A stretch of 64,000 nucleotides of DNA from Nostoc sp. DedSLP01. GTDB lineage: Bacteria; Cyanobacteriota; Cyanobacteriia; Cyanobacteriales; Nostocaceae. Both the position numbers and the translations under genes were made by a program. Positions 10,642 to 19,530 of the stretch are shown piece after piece. The stretch lies in the NCBI GenBank assembly GCA_034530875.2, contig JAVRCJ020000021.1, forward strand, positions 64,001 through 128,000, read 5' to 3'. The number at the start of each line of letters is the position of its first letter. Within the stretch, counting starts at the first letter, position 1. Under the pieces are notes generated by a model. That model saw only the letters and a list, made by a program, of their open reading frames with translations. It had not been told where the DNA came from and did no database searches.

Positions 10642-11232
10642 TCATCTTACCGATCTATTGTTGTGCTTGATAATTTTAATTAGATACACTCCTGTAATAG
10701 CTCCGTTGAGCATACCGAATAATAATCCATAAGCAAATACTCCTATAACAAAATTGTTAGTAAAAATAGTTTTCCATAATGTAAAACTACCTATAAAACC
10801 ACCTAAAGTCCAGCCTAGAGTACTAGCTAATATCCAGCTTGTTCGTAGGTGAAATAGAGAAACATATCTTCTTAAAAAGAACCACTGTTGCACTCCAGCG
10901 AGCAAACCTCCAAAGGCCCCACTAATGGAGTAAGAAAAGACTGCACAGATATTAAAACTATTTGTGTAATGATTACACCAATCACTAAAGCCGCTGTTAA
11001 TTGCTAATTTTCCACCCATTAATCCATATAAGATAATACCAGCAACATTAGTTAATATCCACCATCTGCTTAGTCCAATAATTTGCTTTCTTAATATTAA
11101 CCATTGGGCTATTCCCGGCACTAATGGAGTAATAAAAAAGGTTTGGAATGAAAGAAGACCTATAAAGAAGCTAAAAGCATTTGCAAATACCCACTGCATC
11201 CAAAAATCATAATCGTTTTGATAAGTTTGCAT
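10642..11232 (-). CDS. Hypothetical multi-pass membrane protein
   Basis: Several hydrophobic segments; repeated 'G..QW..LR...WIL' units. Confidence 0.7.
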   Translation of the reverse strand: MQTYQNDYDFWMQWVFANAFSFFIGLLSFQTFFITPLVPGIAQWLILRKQIIGLSRWWILTNVAGIILYGLMGGKLAINSGFSDWCNHYTNSFNICAVFSYSISGAFGGLLAGVQQWFFLRRYVSLFHLRTSWILASTLGWTLGGFIGSFTLWKTIFTNNFVIGVFAYGLLFGMLNGAITGVYLIKIIKHNNRSVR

Positions 11233-11788
11233 ATTCTCTTACAAATTTTGCCATGCGGCATTTTCCTCTAGACTTAACCAATCTTTTTGCAGTGATGATT
11301 CACTCATAATAGTGATTTATAAGGTTTTATCTTTCTGGTACTTAGTTTGTAAGAACTGAACAAAATATAAAATTTCTTGTAACAAAGGGTCAGGTAATTT
11401 TTCTAGTTTTTGTGTAATCTGTTCTTTAAGCATAATTATCTACTTTGTGTTTCGGCAATATCTAAAATAATAATATTTATCGTATCGGTTTTGGAAGCAA
11501 AATAAAAGATAAGGTTAATTCTACTTCTTCTAATTAGTACATTTAGCCTAAATTCAACTCAAGGGGCAAAGCTTCAATATTCAAAGCTGACAAGACATTG
11601 CAGGAGCGATCGCCAATAATAACCATACTTGTCATACCCCAGTTCCATCACATATTTTTAGCCAAATAATGTTAAATTTATACCCTTTGAATGAGCCTCT
11701 TCAACCTATAGCAAGAGTGTCATCTTCCATTAACCGCCTACGATGAAAAACTAGGAAATTAAATTGCAGTATATCTGCCTATCAAATT

Positions 11789-12010
11789 ATGGACTGGAAG
11801 TACAGGTGGAAAAACGGCTATCGCCCAAGCCGAGATGAAGCAGCAAAAAATCCTCATTTGTTAGATGAAAGTCAGTTCGAGAACGAACAAGACCGACAGC
11901 TAGCCGAAGAAGCTGCAAGAAAACACTTAGGCATACCTGCACCAACCTTAGACGAAGAAAAGTCAGTACTACCTCATGCACCAATGCCTAATGAAAAAGG
12001 GCAAAAATAA
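11789..12010 (+). CDS. Small hydrophilic hypothetical protein
   Basis: 73-aa ATG ORF in an otherwise empty intergenic region. Confidence 0.6.
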   Translation: MDWKYRWKNGYRPSRDEAAKNPHLLDESQFENEQDRQLAEEAARKHLGIPAPTLDEEKSVLPHAPMPNEKGQK

Positions 12011-12209
12011 CACCATTTATCAAAGAAAGGCAGAGGGCAGGAGGCAGAAGGCAGAAGGAAGAAAATACAATTTTTGCTTTCTGCCAAAAGGGTTTAAATC
12101 TCCTAAATTTATTTACGGGGATTACCTCCAGCAAGAACTGCCTTCTACTTAATACATTGTGCAATTTTGCTTATCTACGCTCTACACAATTAAAAACTTC
12201 GACAATATA

Positions 12210-12761
12210 ATGCAGATTACTCAACTTTTGAATCAATTGAAAGCTAGAAAATTCACTAAATTTCTTAGTCAAACAATGGCTTTAGGAATAGGTGCTATTG
12301 TTCTATTTTCAGCTAGTAATGCTGATGCTGCCGAACAAGTTATTTTAAAGTATGGTGATTTTCAAGGGCCGATATCTGTTGGAGAATTAAATCAGTTTGT
12401 AGAAACTGGCAAGACTACGCCGACATTAACGGCTTATTTGCAGGCGGCTCAACAAGAACCTGCATTAGCTCGTAAAGCACTTCAAGCTGGTATCAAAGCC
12501 GATCGCACCTTTTTAAATAACTTACTCTCTAGCTGGGCAGGGCCAGTTTTGGTTAACCAAATTGGTGAGGTAGTTCATCCCCCCGGAGGAGAATTAAATC
12601 AACAAGCACTAAGAACTGCTTTAAGTGAATCTATCAAGCAAAAGGGCGAAGTTACACTACTGGCAGCTATTCAGAATTATCCCAATCCTGCTGTTGAATT
12701 AGAAGGCGATCGCCTCATCACTGTCTACGAACGACTCAGCACTTTGGCAGAAAACTTTTGA
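12210..12761 (+). CDS. DUF1400 (alpha/beta hydrolase N-terminal-type) domain protein with signal peptide
   Basis: A.AAEQVILKYG...ISVGEL..FVETG pattern; start codon uncertain. Confidence 0.75.
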   Translation: MQITQLLNQLKARKFTKFLSQTMALGIGAIVLFSASNADAAEQVILKYGDFQGPISVGELNQFVETGKTTPTLTAYLQAAQQEPALARKALQAGIKADRTFLNNLLSSWAGPVLVNQIGEVVHPPGGELNQQALRTALSESIKQKGEVTLLAAIQNYPNPAVELEGDRLITVYERLSTLAENF

Positions 12762-12878
12762 TAGGTAGTTACTTTTGAAATCTAATACCTACGAGTCTAC
12801 CTGAAGATTGTACCCCACGACTCAGAAATTACCTAACGTAATTGTAGAGTTGAATTTAAGCATAAGGAAAAGATTTGT

Positions 12879-13451
12879 ATGACAGCCGATGTTTCTAAAG
12901 ATATTAAAAAGGAAGTTAATGGATCGCTAATAACCGGTATTCTGTTGATTGTTGCCGGAATTATTGGCATCGCACTCCCTACATTCACTACCCTATTCGC
13001 CGAAACTTGGTTTGCAGCGATTTTAACTTTTGCTGGTTTTACAAAACTAGTTTACGCCACCCAAACCCGCGATCGCGGAGGTTTTATTTGGAAGCTTTTA
13101 TTAAGCGGACTGTATATTGCAACCGGCATCATGCTGTTGGTTTATCCTTATACAGGCATTCTCAGCCTAACTCTATTGCTTGGTACTTTCTTGTTGACTG
13201 AAGGTACATTTGAGTTAATTCTAGCCTTCCAATTACGTCCCCAACAAAACTGGACATGGGTATTAGTTAATGGCATTATTACACTCGTCTTAGGTGCAAT
13301 GATTTGGTTTCAGTGGCCCTTCAACGCCCCTTGGCTGCTAGGAACGCTAGTTGGTGTCAGCGTTCTGTTCAGTGGCGTTTCCCGCGTGATGCTGTCATGG
13401 AATGTGCGTTCTGCCTTGAATTCTAATGACTCGGCAGTAAATCCTACTTAG
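12879..13451 (+). CDS. HdeD/DUF308 family membrane protein
   Basis: About six TM helices; GI..L..G repeats and WP....WLLG.LVG motif. Confidence 0.85.
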   Translation: MTADVSKDIKKEVNGSLITGILLIVAGIIGIALPTFTTLFAETWFAAILTFAGFTKLVYATQTRDRGGFIWKLLLSGLYIATGIMLLVYPYTGILSLTLLLGTFLLTEGTFELILAFQLRPQQNWTWVLVNGIITLVLGAMIWFQWPFNAPWLLGTLVGVSVLFSGVSRVMLSWNVRSALNSNDSAVNPT

Positions 13452-13613
13452 TGAATGGGGACTGGGGACTGGGGGCAGAAAAAAGTTTGTTTTCTTAATC
13501 CCCAATCACCAATCACCAAGAAAATTTACAACACGTTGCAGCAGCGATCGCCCTGGTATTGCTAAATTAACTAAGGTAATCAAAATCCAGGCTAGCTAGC
13601 TGCAATCTCAACA

Positions 13614-15653
13614 ATGGTATCTAGTTCTACTCCCTTCTCGGATATTCAAAACCATTGGGCACGCTCATTTATTACAGGCTTAGCCCAACTTGAAATTGTC
13701 AGTGGGTTGCCGAATGGCACTTATCGCCCCGATAACTCACTCACCCGCGCTGAGTTTGCCGCTATCCTTGCAAAGGCATTTCCAACAGATCCCAAGAAGC
13801 GGCAGTATGTCCCTTTTGTTGATGTGCCTAGCAGTCATTGGGCAGCAGCAGCTATTCAAGCAGCTTACGAAAAAGGATTTATTAGCGGATTTCCTGATAA
13901 AACCTTCCGTCTTGGTAACCGAATTACCAGGACGGAAGTTTTAGTTTCTTTAGTAGCAGGCTTAGAAATTGCTACGAAGGTAAAACCCGACCTAGTGTCA
14001 AAATTGGGACAAATCTATCAAGATGCCGTTCAAATTCCTAACTATGCCAAAAATCAGATAGCTATTGCCACTAGTGCGGGATTGGTGGTTAATTATCCAA
14101 ATTTGAAATTACTTAATCCTAATTTGGCAGCCACCCGTGCAGATGTGGCAGTAATTATTTATCAAGCTTTAGTGTATCTGGATTTAGCAGATAAGATTGC
14201 TTCTAGTTACCTCGTCATACCGCCAACACCGACAACAACGCCAACACCAACACCTATACCTACGACTAGCGTCAAGCTAAATCATACCAGAGAATTTCGT
14301 GGGGTATGGGTATCATGTGTGTGGAATGGTGATTGGCCTTCCAAAGCAGGACTTTCTGTCGAGCAGCAGAAAGCTGAACTCGTCGAAATTACTAATAAAT
14401 TACAAGCCCTGAACTTCAACGCGCTGATTTTCCAAGTTAGGCCAGAGGGCGATGCTTTGTATGAATCCCAAATAGAACCTTGGAGTGCTTGGCTAACGGG
14501 GACTCAGGGGAAAGCGCCGGAACCATTTTACGATCCTTTAGCGTTTGCGATCGCCGAATGTCACAAGCGTAATATCGAACTTCATGCTTGGTTCAATCCT
14601 TACCGCGCCAGCACTTCTACAAATCCGGCTAAAACCGTCCGTCCGCACATAGCAGTTACTAACCCAGAAAGCGTTTATTTGTGGGGAAGCCAACGCTGGA
14701 TGGATCCAGGACTCAAAGTAGTTCAAGATAGGGCTTACAACGTAATTATCGATGTACTCAAGCGCTACGATATCGATGGGGTTCACTTAGATGATTATTT
14801 CTATCCCTATCCCATTGAAAACGAATCTTTCCCCGATAGCAAAACATACGCTGCATACAAAGCAGCTGGTGGTACCCTTAGCCTTAGCGACTGGCGACGG
14901 GACAATGTTAACAAAATGGTACTGCGTCTGTCGGAAGGAATCAAAGCCACTAAGCCGCAAGTTAAATTTGGTATTAGTCCCTTTGGAATTTATCGCCCCG
15001 GACAACCGCCTGGTATTACTGGCTTGGATGCTTACAATCAGCTGTATGCTGACTCCAAGAAATGGCTAGAACAAGGTTGGATTGATTATATTGCACCTCA
15101 ACTTTACTGGCGCACAGACCAAGCACCACAAAGTTATTCTGCATTGTTAAAGTGGTGGACAGACATAAACATCAAACAAAGACATGTTTATGCTGGTAAC
15201 AATCTCACAGAACCAAGTAACAAGAGTCGGGAAAGTGAGGAAATAGAAAAACAGGTGAAAATTAGTCGCAGCCAAGCTTCACGGCTGTCACTGGGGAATA
15301 TTTTCTTTAACCTCGATATTTTAAGGCAAAATAGTCAAGGCATAGCCGATGGATTAGAAACTTTATATAACAGACCTGCCCTACCTCCACCTATGTCTTG
15401 GCGGGATACAACACCACCCCCTCCACCCACTGGACTACAAGTCAACAACCGCAAACTCACTTGGCAGCCTGGAGACGACCAACCAATTCGTTCTTGGACG
15501 CTTTATCGACAAACTGGCGATACTTGGACAATTCAGCGAATTTTGCCTGCTGGTGTAACTTTCTTTACCGTCTCACAAGCGGGAACTTATGCTGTATGTG
15601 CAGTGGATAGGTTAGCGAATGAAAGTTTAGGAGCTGCGATCGCAGTTAGTTAA
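13614..15653 (+). CDS. SLH-domain protein fused to a glycosyl hydrolase-like 10 (DUF187, YddW/DigH-like) domain
   Basis: Three SLH repeats (FSDI..HWA, TRAEFA), PT linker, EFRGVW, HAWFNPYR, DGVHLDDYFYP, DYIAPQLYW. Confidence 0.9.
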   Translation: MVSSSTPFSDIQNHWARSFITGLAQLEIVSGLPNGTYRPDNSLTRAEFAAILAKAFPTDPKKRQYVPFVDVPSSHWAAAAIQAAYEKGFISGFPDKTFRLGNRITRTEVLVSLVAGLEIATKVKPDLVSKLGQIYQDAVQIPNYAKNQIAIATSAGLVVNYPNLKLLNPNLAATRADVAVIIYQALVYLDLADKIASSYLVIPPTPTTTPTPTPIPTTSVKLNHTREFRGVWVSCVWNGDWPSKAGLSVEQQKAELVEITNKLQALNFNALIFQVRPEGDALYESQIEPWSAWLTGTQGKAPEPFYDPLAFAIAECHKRNIELHAWFNPYRASTSTNPAKTVRPHIAVTNPESVYLWGSQRWMDPGLKVVQDRAYNVIIDVLKRYDIDGVHLDDYFYPYPIENESFPDSKTYAAYKAAGGTLSLSDWRRDNVNKMVLRLSEGIKATKPQVKFGISPFGIYRPGQPPGITGLDAYNQLYADSKKWLEQGWIDYIAPQLYWRTDQAPQSYSALLKWWTDINIKQRHVYAGNNLTEPSNKSRESEEIEKQVKISRSQASRLSLGNIFFNLDILRQNSQGIADGLETLYNRPALPPPMSWRDTTPPPPPTGLQVNNRKLTWQPGDDQPIRSWTLYRQTGDTWTIQRILPAGVTFFTVSQAGTYAVCAVDRLANESLGAAIAVS

Positions 15654-15727
15654 GCGCATGATATCAAAATCCGGGGTTGCATAATTGCGGGATGATTTTA
15701 CTAATTTTGTGGGATGGGCCGGAAAGC

Positions 15728-15919
15728 CATTGGTGTCAACTTCAGCTCAAACTCTTGCTCCACAATCTTTTTACCCCACCCCCAACCCCTCCCCTTGCCA
15801 AGGGGAGGGGAGGTTTTGCGTCAGCAAAGCCGGGGTGGGGTAAGCGGATCTTGATGGTAAGTGAGTAGAACTCGCTCATCACGTTTTCATCAGGGTTTCA
15901 CGTTCAATTGACACCTATG
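15728..15919 (+). mobile_element. MITE-like element, family B (TIR CATTGGTGTCAACTT-like)
   Basis: Terminal inverted repeats; closely similar copy at 23163-23338. Confidence 0.75.
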
Positions 15920-15975
15920 GCAGGATGCCCACCCCACAAGAATTAACCCTTGATTCAGCAATGCCCAAAATCCTT

Positions 15976-16004
15976 GTAGAGACGTTGCATTGCAACGTCT
16001 CTAC
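15976..16004. repeat. REP-like palindrome GTAGAGACGTTGCA-N-TGCAACGTCTCTAC
   Basis: Perfect hairpin; related copies at 25914, 33183 and 55875. Confidence 0.85.
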
Positions 16005-16033
16005 ATCTGAATTGATAGTAGGCAATTAATCAA

Positions 16034-16157
16034 TAGACCTCTTGCAAAAGTCCCTAACACCCCACCCCCAACCCCTCCCCTTGCTAAGGGGAGGGGAGCG
16101 TTTGCGTCAGCAAATGCGGGGTGGGGTGCTTTATTTTTGATTTATGCAAGAGGTCTA
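16034..16157 (+). mobile_element. MITE-like element, family C (TIR TAGACCTCTTGCA)
   Basis: 13-bp perfect terminal inverted repeat; internal C-rich/G-rich hairpin shared with family B. Confidence 0.75.
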
Positions 16158-16317
16158 ATGACAAAAACTACATTTTGGCAGAAACTCATACCAAAATGCA
16201 GTTAATAGGGTACTTAATCTTTCCATTAAATCTACATTCTTAAGATACACACTGGGTAGTAATACGTCCATATTTACCGAAGGCACTTTATACTAAAATC
16301 TATAATTATTAGTATTT

Positions 16318-19300
16318 TTGACGAAAAAATTGTTTAAATTTTTAAACGAATTGTTACTTTTGGGATTAGCACTTGCGGCACTAACTCCTTTAATTTTTCA
16401 AGAAAGCCGCGTCATCGCCGAAATTACACCTGACAGCACCTTAGGAAATGAATCATCAATCGTAACCGAAGGGGTTGAAATTAAAGGGGGAATAGGTAAT
16501 CGCATTGATGGTGGTGCAGTCCGAGGAGCAAATCTATTTCACAGTTTTAGGGAATTTAGCATTGATGATGGGCAACGGGTTTACTTTTCTAACCCCACAG
16601 GAATAGAGAATATCCTCACGCGAGTTACAGGTAATAACCCCTCGAATATTTTGGGAACGCTGGGGGTTTTGGGTAATGCCAATCTGTTTTTTATTAACCC
16701 CAACGGCATCTTATTTGGTAAAAATGCAAGGTTAGATATTGCAGGTTCCTTTGTAGGAACAACAGCAAATGCTATTCAATTTGGGAATCAGGGTTTTTGG
16801 AACGCTTCAACCCCGGAAATTACCCCTTTGCTAACTGTAAATCCTTCAGCATTATTCTTCAATCAAATTCCCAGGGGAACTATCGAAACCAGAGCGATCG
16901 CACCTACCGGTTTAGATGCCTCAGGAGAGGAGACATTTGGTTTGCGGGTTGGCGATAATCGCAGTTTACTACTTTTGGGCAGTGACATCAACCTGAATGG
17001 AGGCAGCTTGAACGCCTTGGGGGGTAGGATTGATTTGGGTGGATTGGCAGCACCGGGAAGTGTGGAGTTGAAGTTTGCAGGTAACAATTTGAGTATGAGC
17101 TTCCCTGATGGCGTACCAAGAGCAGATGTTTCACTTAGCAATAATGCCAAGCTCAATGTTACAGCCGAAAATGGTGGTAGTATCGCGATCGCGGCTCGAA
17201 ATATCGACGTTGCAGGAGAAAGCATCATACAAGCCGGAATCGGCTTTGGCTTAGGAAATTTTAGCAATCAAGCTGGAGAAATTACCCTCAATGCCACTGA
17301 TTTAATTACATTAAGCCAGTTGAGTACAATTCAAAACACAGTTGAGCAAAATGCTACAGGTAATAGTGGTGATATTAAGGTCACCACAGGTTCATTTTCT
17401 ATTAGTGATGGCTCTCAAGTAATTGTTAGTACTCTGGGACAGGGAAATGCAGGTAATGTCACAATTCAAGCTCGTGACACGGTTACACTTGATGGACTAA
17501 ATAGTGAATATTACTCTACCAAAATAGTTAGCAATATTGCTCGAAAAGGTGTAGGTCAGGCAGGAAATATTAACATTCAAACCGGATCGCTTTCAATGAG
17601 GAATACTGCTTTATTAGATTCCGGTACTGCTGGCCAAGGAAGTGCAGGTAATATTACTATTCAAGCTCGTAAAGCAGTTTTATTAGATGGAAGTGACATA
17701 GCAAGCGAGGTATCAAGCCGTGCAATATTCGGTAAAGGAGGAAATATTGAAATTGAGGCAGATTCGCTTTCAGTTATCAATGGCTCTCAACTAAGTACTA
17801 GCAGCTATGGAAACGGCGATGCAGGCAATGTCACGATTCAAATTTATGGGGTAAATGGCGTTGCTTTTGATGGCGTTAGTAGTGAAGATGGATTTCCGAG
17901 TGGAGCATTCAGCACTATGTCTAACAATGGAGTAGGCAAAGGAGGAAATATCCAAATCGCGGCAGAGTCGCTGTTTGTGAGTAATGGCGCTCAACTACAG
18001 GTGGCGACAATTGGAAAAGGAGATGCAGGTACTATCACCATTAAAGCTCGCGATCGCATTTCTTTCAACGGTACTGCTAGTTATGGATTACCCAGTGGAG
18101 CTTTCAGTTCTGTGGAACCGGAAGCAGTAGGTAAGGGAGGAAACATTTATATTACTACAGGATCGCTGTCGGTTAGCAATGGTGCTGGGTTAAACTCCCA
18201 AACTCGTGGCATCGGAGATGCGGGGAATATTTCGATTCAAGCTCAAGATTGGGTTTTATTTGATGGAGTCAGTTTATTAGACTTCAGCAGTGGGGCATTT
18301 AGTACGGTAGCTTTGGGTGCCCAAGGTAAGGGGGGAGATATTGAGATTATTGCCAATTCGCTCTCAATTAGTAACCGCGCGCGTTTAAATGCTCAAACCG
18401 ACAGTATGGGTAAAGCAGGCAATATTCTAGTGACAGCAAATACTTTTGATGCTGCTAGTGGTGGAGAACTTCTCACATCAACAAGCAGTAGTAGTAATGC
18501 CGGAGATATTACTTTGAGAATACGCGATCGCCTCACTTTAACAGGCGATAGTACCGGAATTTTTGCCAATACAACTGCCAATGCTACTGGCAACAGTGGT
18601 AACATTTTCATCGACCCCAAAGTGATGATGATTCGCGATGCAGCTAAAATTGCTGTTGATAATCAAGGTACTGGTATCGGCGGTACTATTGATATTCAAG
18701 CCGGAAAATTAACTCTCGATAACCAAGCTGTAATTTCTGCGGAAACAGCGAGTAATACTGGTGGCGATATTCAACTCCAACTCACAGACTTGTTGCTATT
18801 AAGGCATAACAGTACCATCTCTACAACTGCGGGAACTACTCAAGCGGGTGGTAATGGAGGTAACATTACCATCAACTCTCCATTTATTGTTGCTGCGGCT
18901 TTGGAAAATAACGATATTACCGCCAATGCTTTTAGTGGTAATGGTGGCAGAGTTGATATTACTGCTCAAGGAATCTTTGGACTAATACCCCGTAGTCGTT
19001 CGGATCTAGAGAGACTATTGGTAACTAATGACCCCGAGCAATTAAATCCGCGATCGCTTCCTACAAGTGACCTCACTGCCATTTCCCAAGCCAATCCCTC
19101 ATTCAGCGAACAGGTAGTTATTAATACAGCAGATGTAGACCCCAGTAACGGACTCGTGAATTTGCCGACAAATATAGTAGATGCCTCCCAACTCATTGCC
19201 CAAACCTGTAGAACTGGTGGAGAAGCAACAGCCAATCAAAAAAGTGAATTTATAGTCACTGGACGCGGAGGTTTGCCGCCTAACCCCATTGAGCCACTTA

Positions 19301-19530
19301 GCAGCGATGCCATTTGGCAAGATTTACAAGCTCATGCTTTGCTCAATGAAAAGGTAAGCGGCTCCCAAGAAGAGGTAAATTTAATTTCAGAAACAGCGAA
19401 TGCGATCGCTGAAGCTCAAGGCTGGGTAACTAACCCTGATGGTACTATTACCCTGGTAGCTCAAGCTCCCACTGCTACCCCTCACAACTCTTCACTCACA
19501 CCTGTTAGTTGTCCGGTTGCCCAAAACTAA
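16318..19530 (+). CDS. Filamentous haemagglutinin N-terminal (TPS) domain exoprotein
   Basis: Signal peptide; NLFHSF..F, NILTRVTG, NLFFINPNGI; G.AGNI.I beta-helix repeats; C-terminal FIVTGRGGLP and EAQGW. Confidence 0.9.
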   Translation: MTKKLFKFLNELLLLGLALAALTPLIFQESRVIAEITPDSTLGNESSIVTEGVEIKGGIGNRIDGGAVRGANLFHSFREFSIDDGQRVYFSNPTGIENILTRVTGNNPSNILGTLGVLGNANLFFINPNGILFGKNARLDIAGSFVGTTANAIQFGNQGFWNASTPEITPLLTVNPSALFFNQIPRGTIETRAIAPTGLDASGEETFGLRVGDNRSLLLLGSDINLNGGSLNALGGRIDLGGLAAPGSVELKFAGNNLSMSFPDGVPRADVSLSNNAKLNVTAENGGSIAIAARNIDVAGESIIQAGIGFGLGNFSNQAGEITLNATDLITLSQLSTIQNTVEQNATGNSGDIKVTTGSFSISDGSQVIVSTLGQGNAGNVTIQARDTVTLDGLNSEYYSTKIVSNIARKGVGQAGNINIQTGSLSMRNTALLDSGTAGQGSAGNITIQARKAVLLDGSDIASEVSSRAIFGKGGNIEIEADSLSVINGSQLSTSSYGNGDAGNVTIQIYGVNGVAFDGVSSEDGFPSGAFSTMSNNGVGKGGNIQIAAESLFVSNGAQLQVATIGKGDAGTITIKARDRISFNGTASYGLPSGAFSSVEPEAVGKGGNIYITTGSLSVSNGAGLNSQTRGIGDAGNISIQAQDWVLFDGVSLLDFSSGAFSTVALGAQGKGGDIEIIANSLSISNRARLNAQTDSMGKAGNILVTANTFDAASGGELLTSTSSSSNAGDITLRIRDRLTLTGDSTGIFANTTANATGNSGNIFIDPKVMMIRDAAKIAVDNQGTGIGGTIDIQAGKLTLDNQAVISAETASNTGGDIQLQLTDLLLLRHNSTISTTAGTTQAGGNGGNITINSPFIVAAALENNDITANAFSGNGGRVDITAQGIFGLIPRSRSDLERLLVTNDPEQLNPRSLPTSDLTAISQANPSFSEQVVINTADVDPSNGLVNLPTNIVDASQLIAQTCRTGGEATANQKSEFIVTGRGGLPPNPIEPLSSDAIWQDLQAHALLNEKVSGSQEEVNLISETANAIAEAQGWVTNPDGTITLVAQAPTATPHNSSLTPVSCPVAQN

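Noticed and set aside
16318..19530. Contact-dependent inhibition toxin (CdiA)
   Set aside because: No VENN or toxin C-terminus, no small immunity gene and no TpsB in the window; the C-terminus is the common cyanobacterial GRGGLP/EAQGW type
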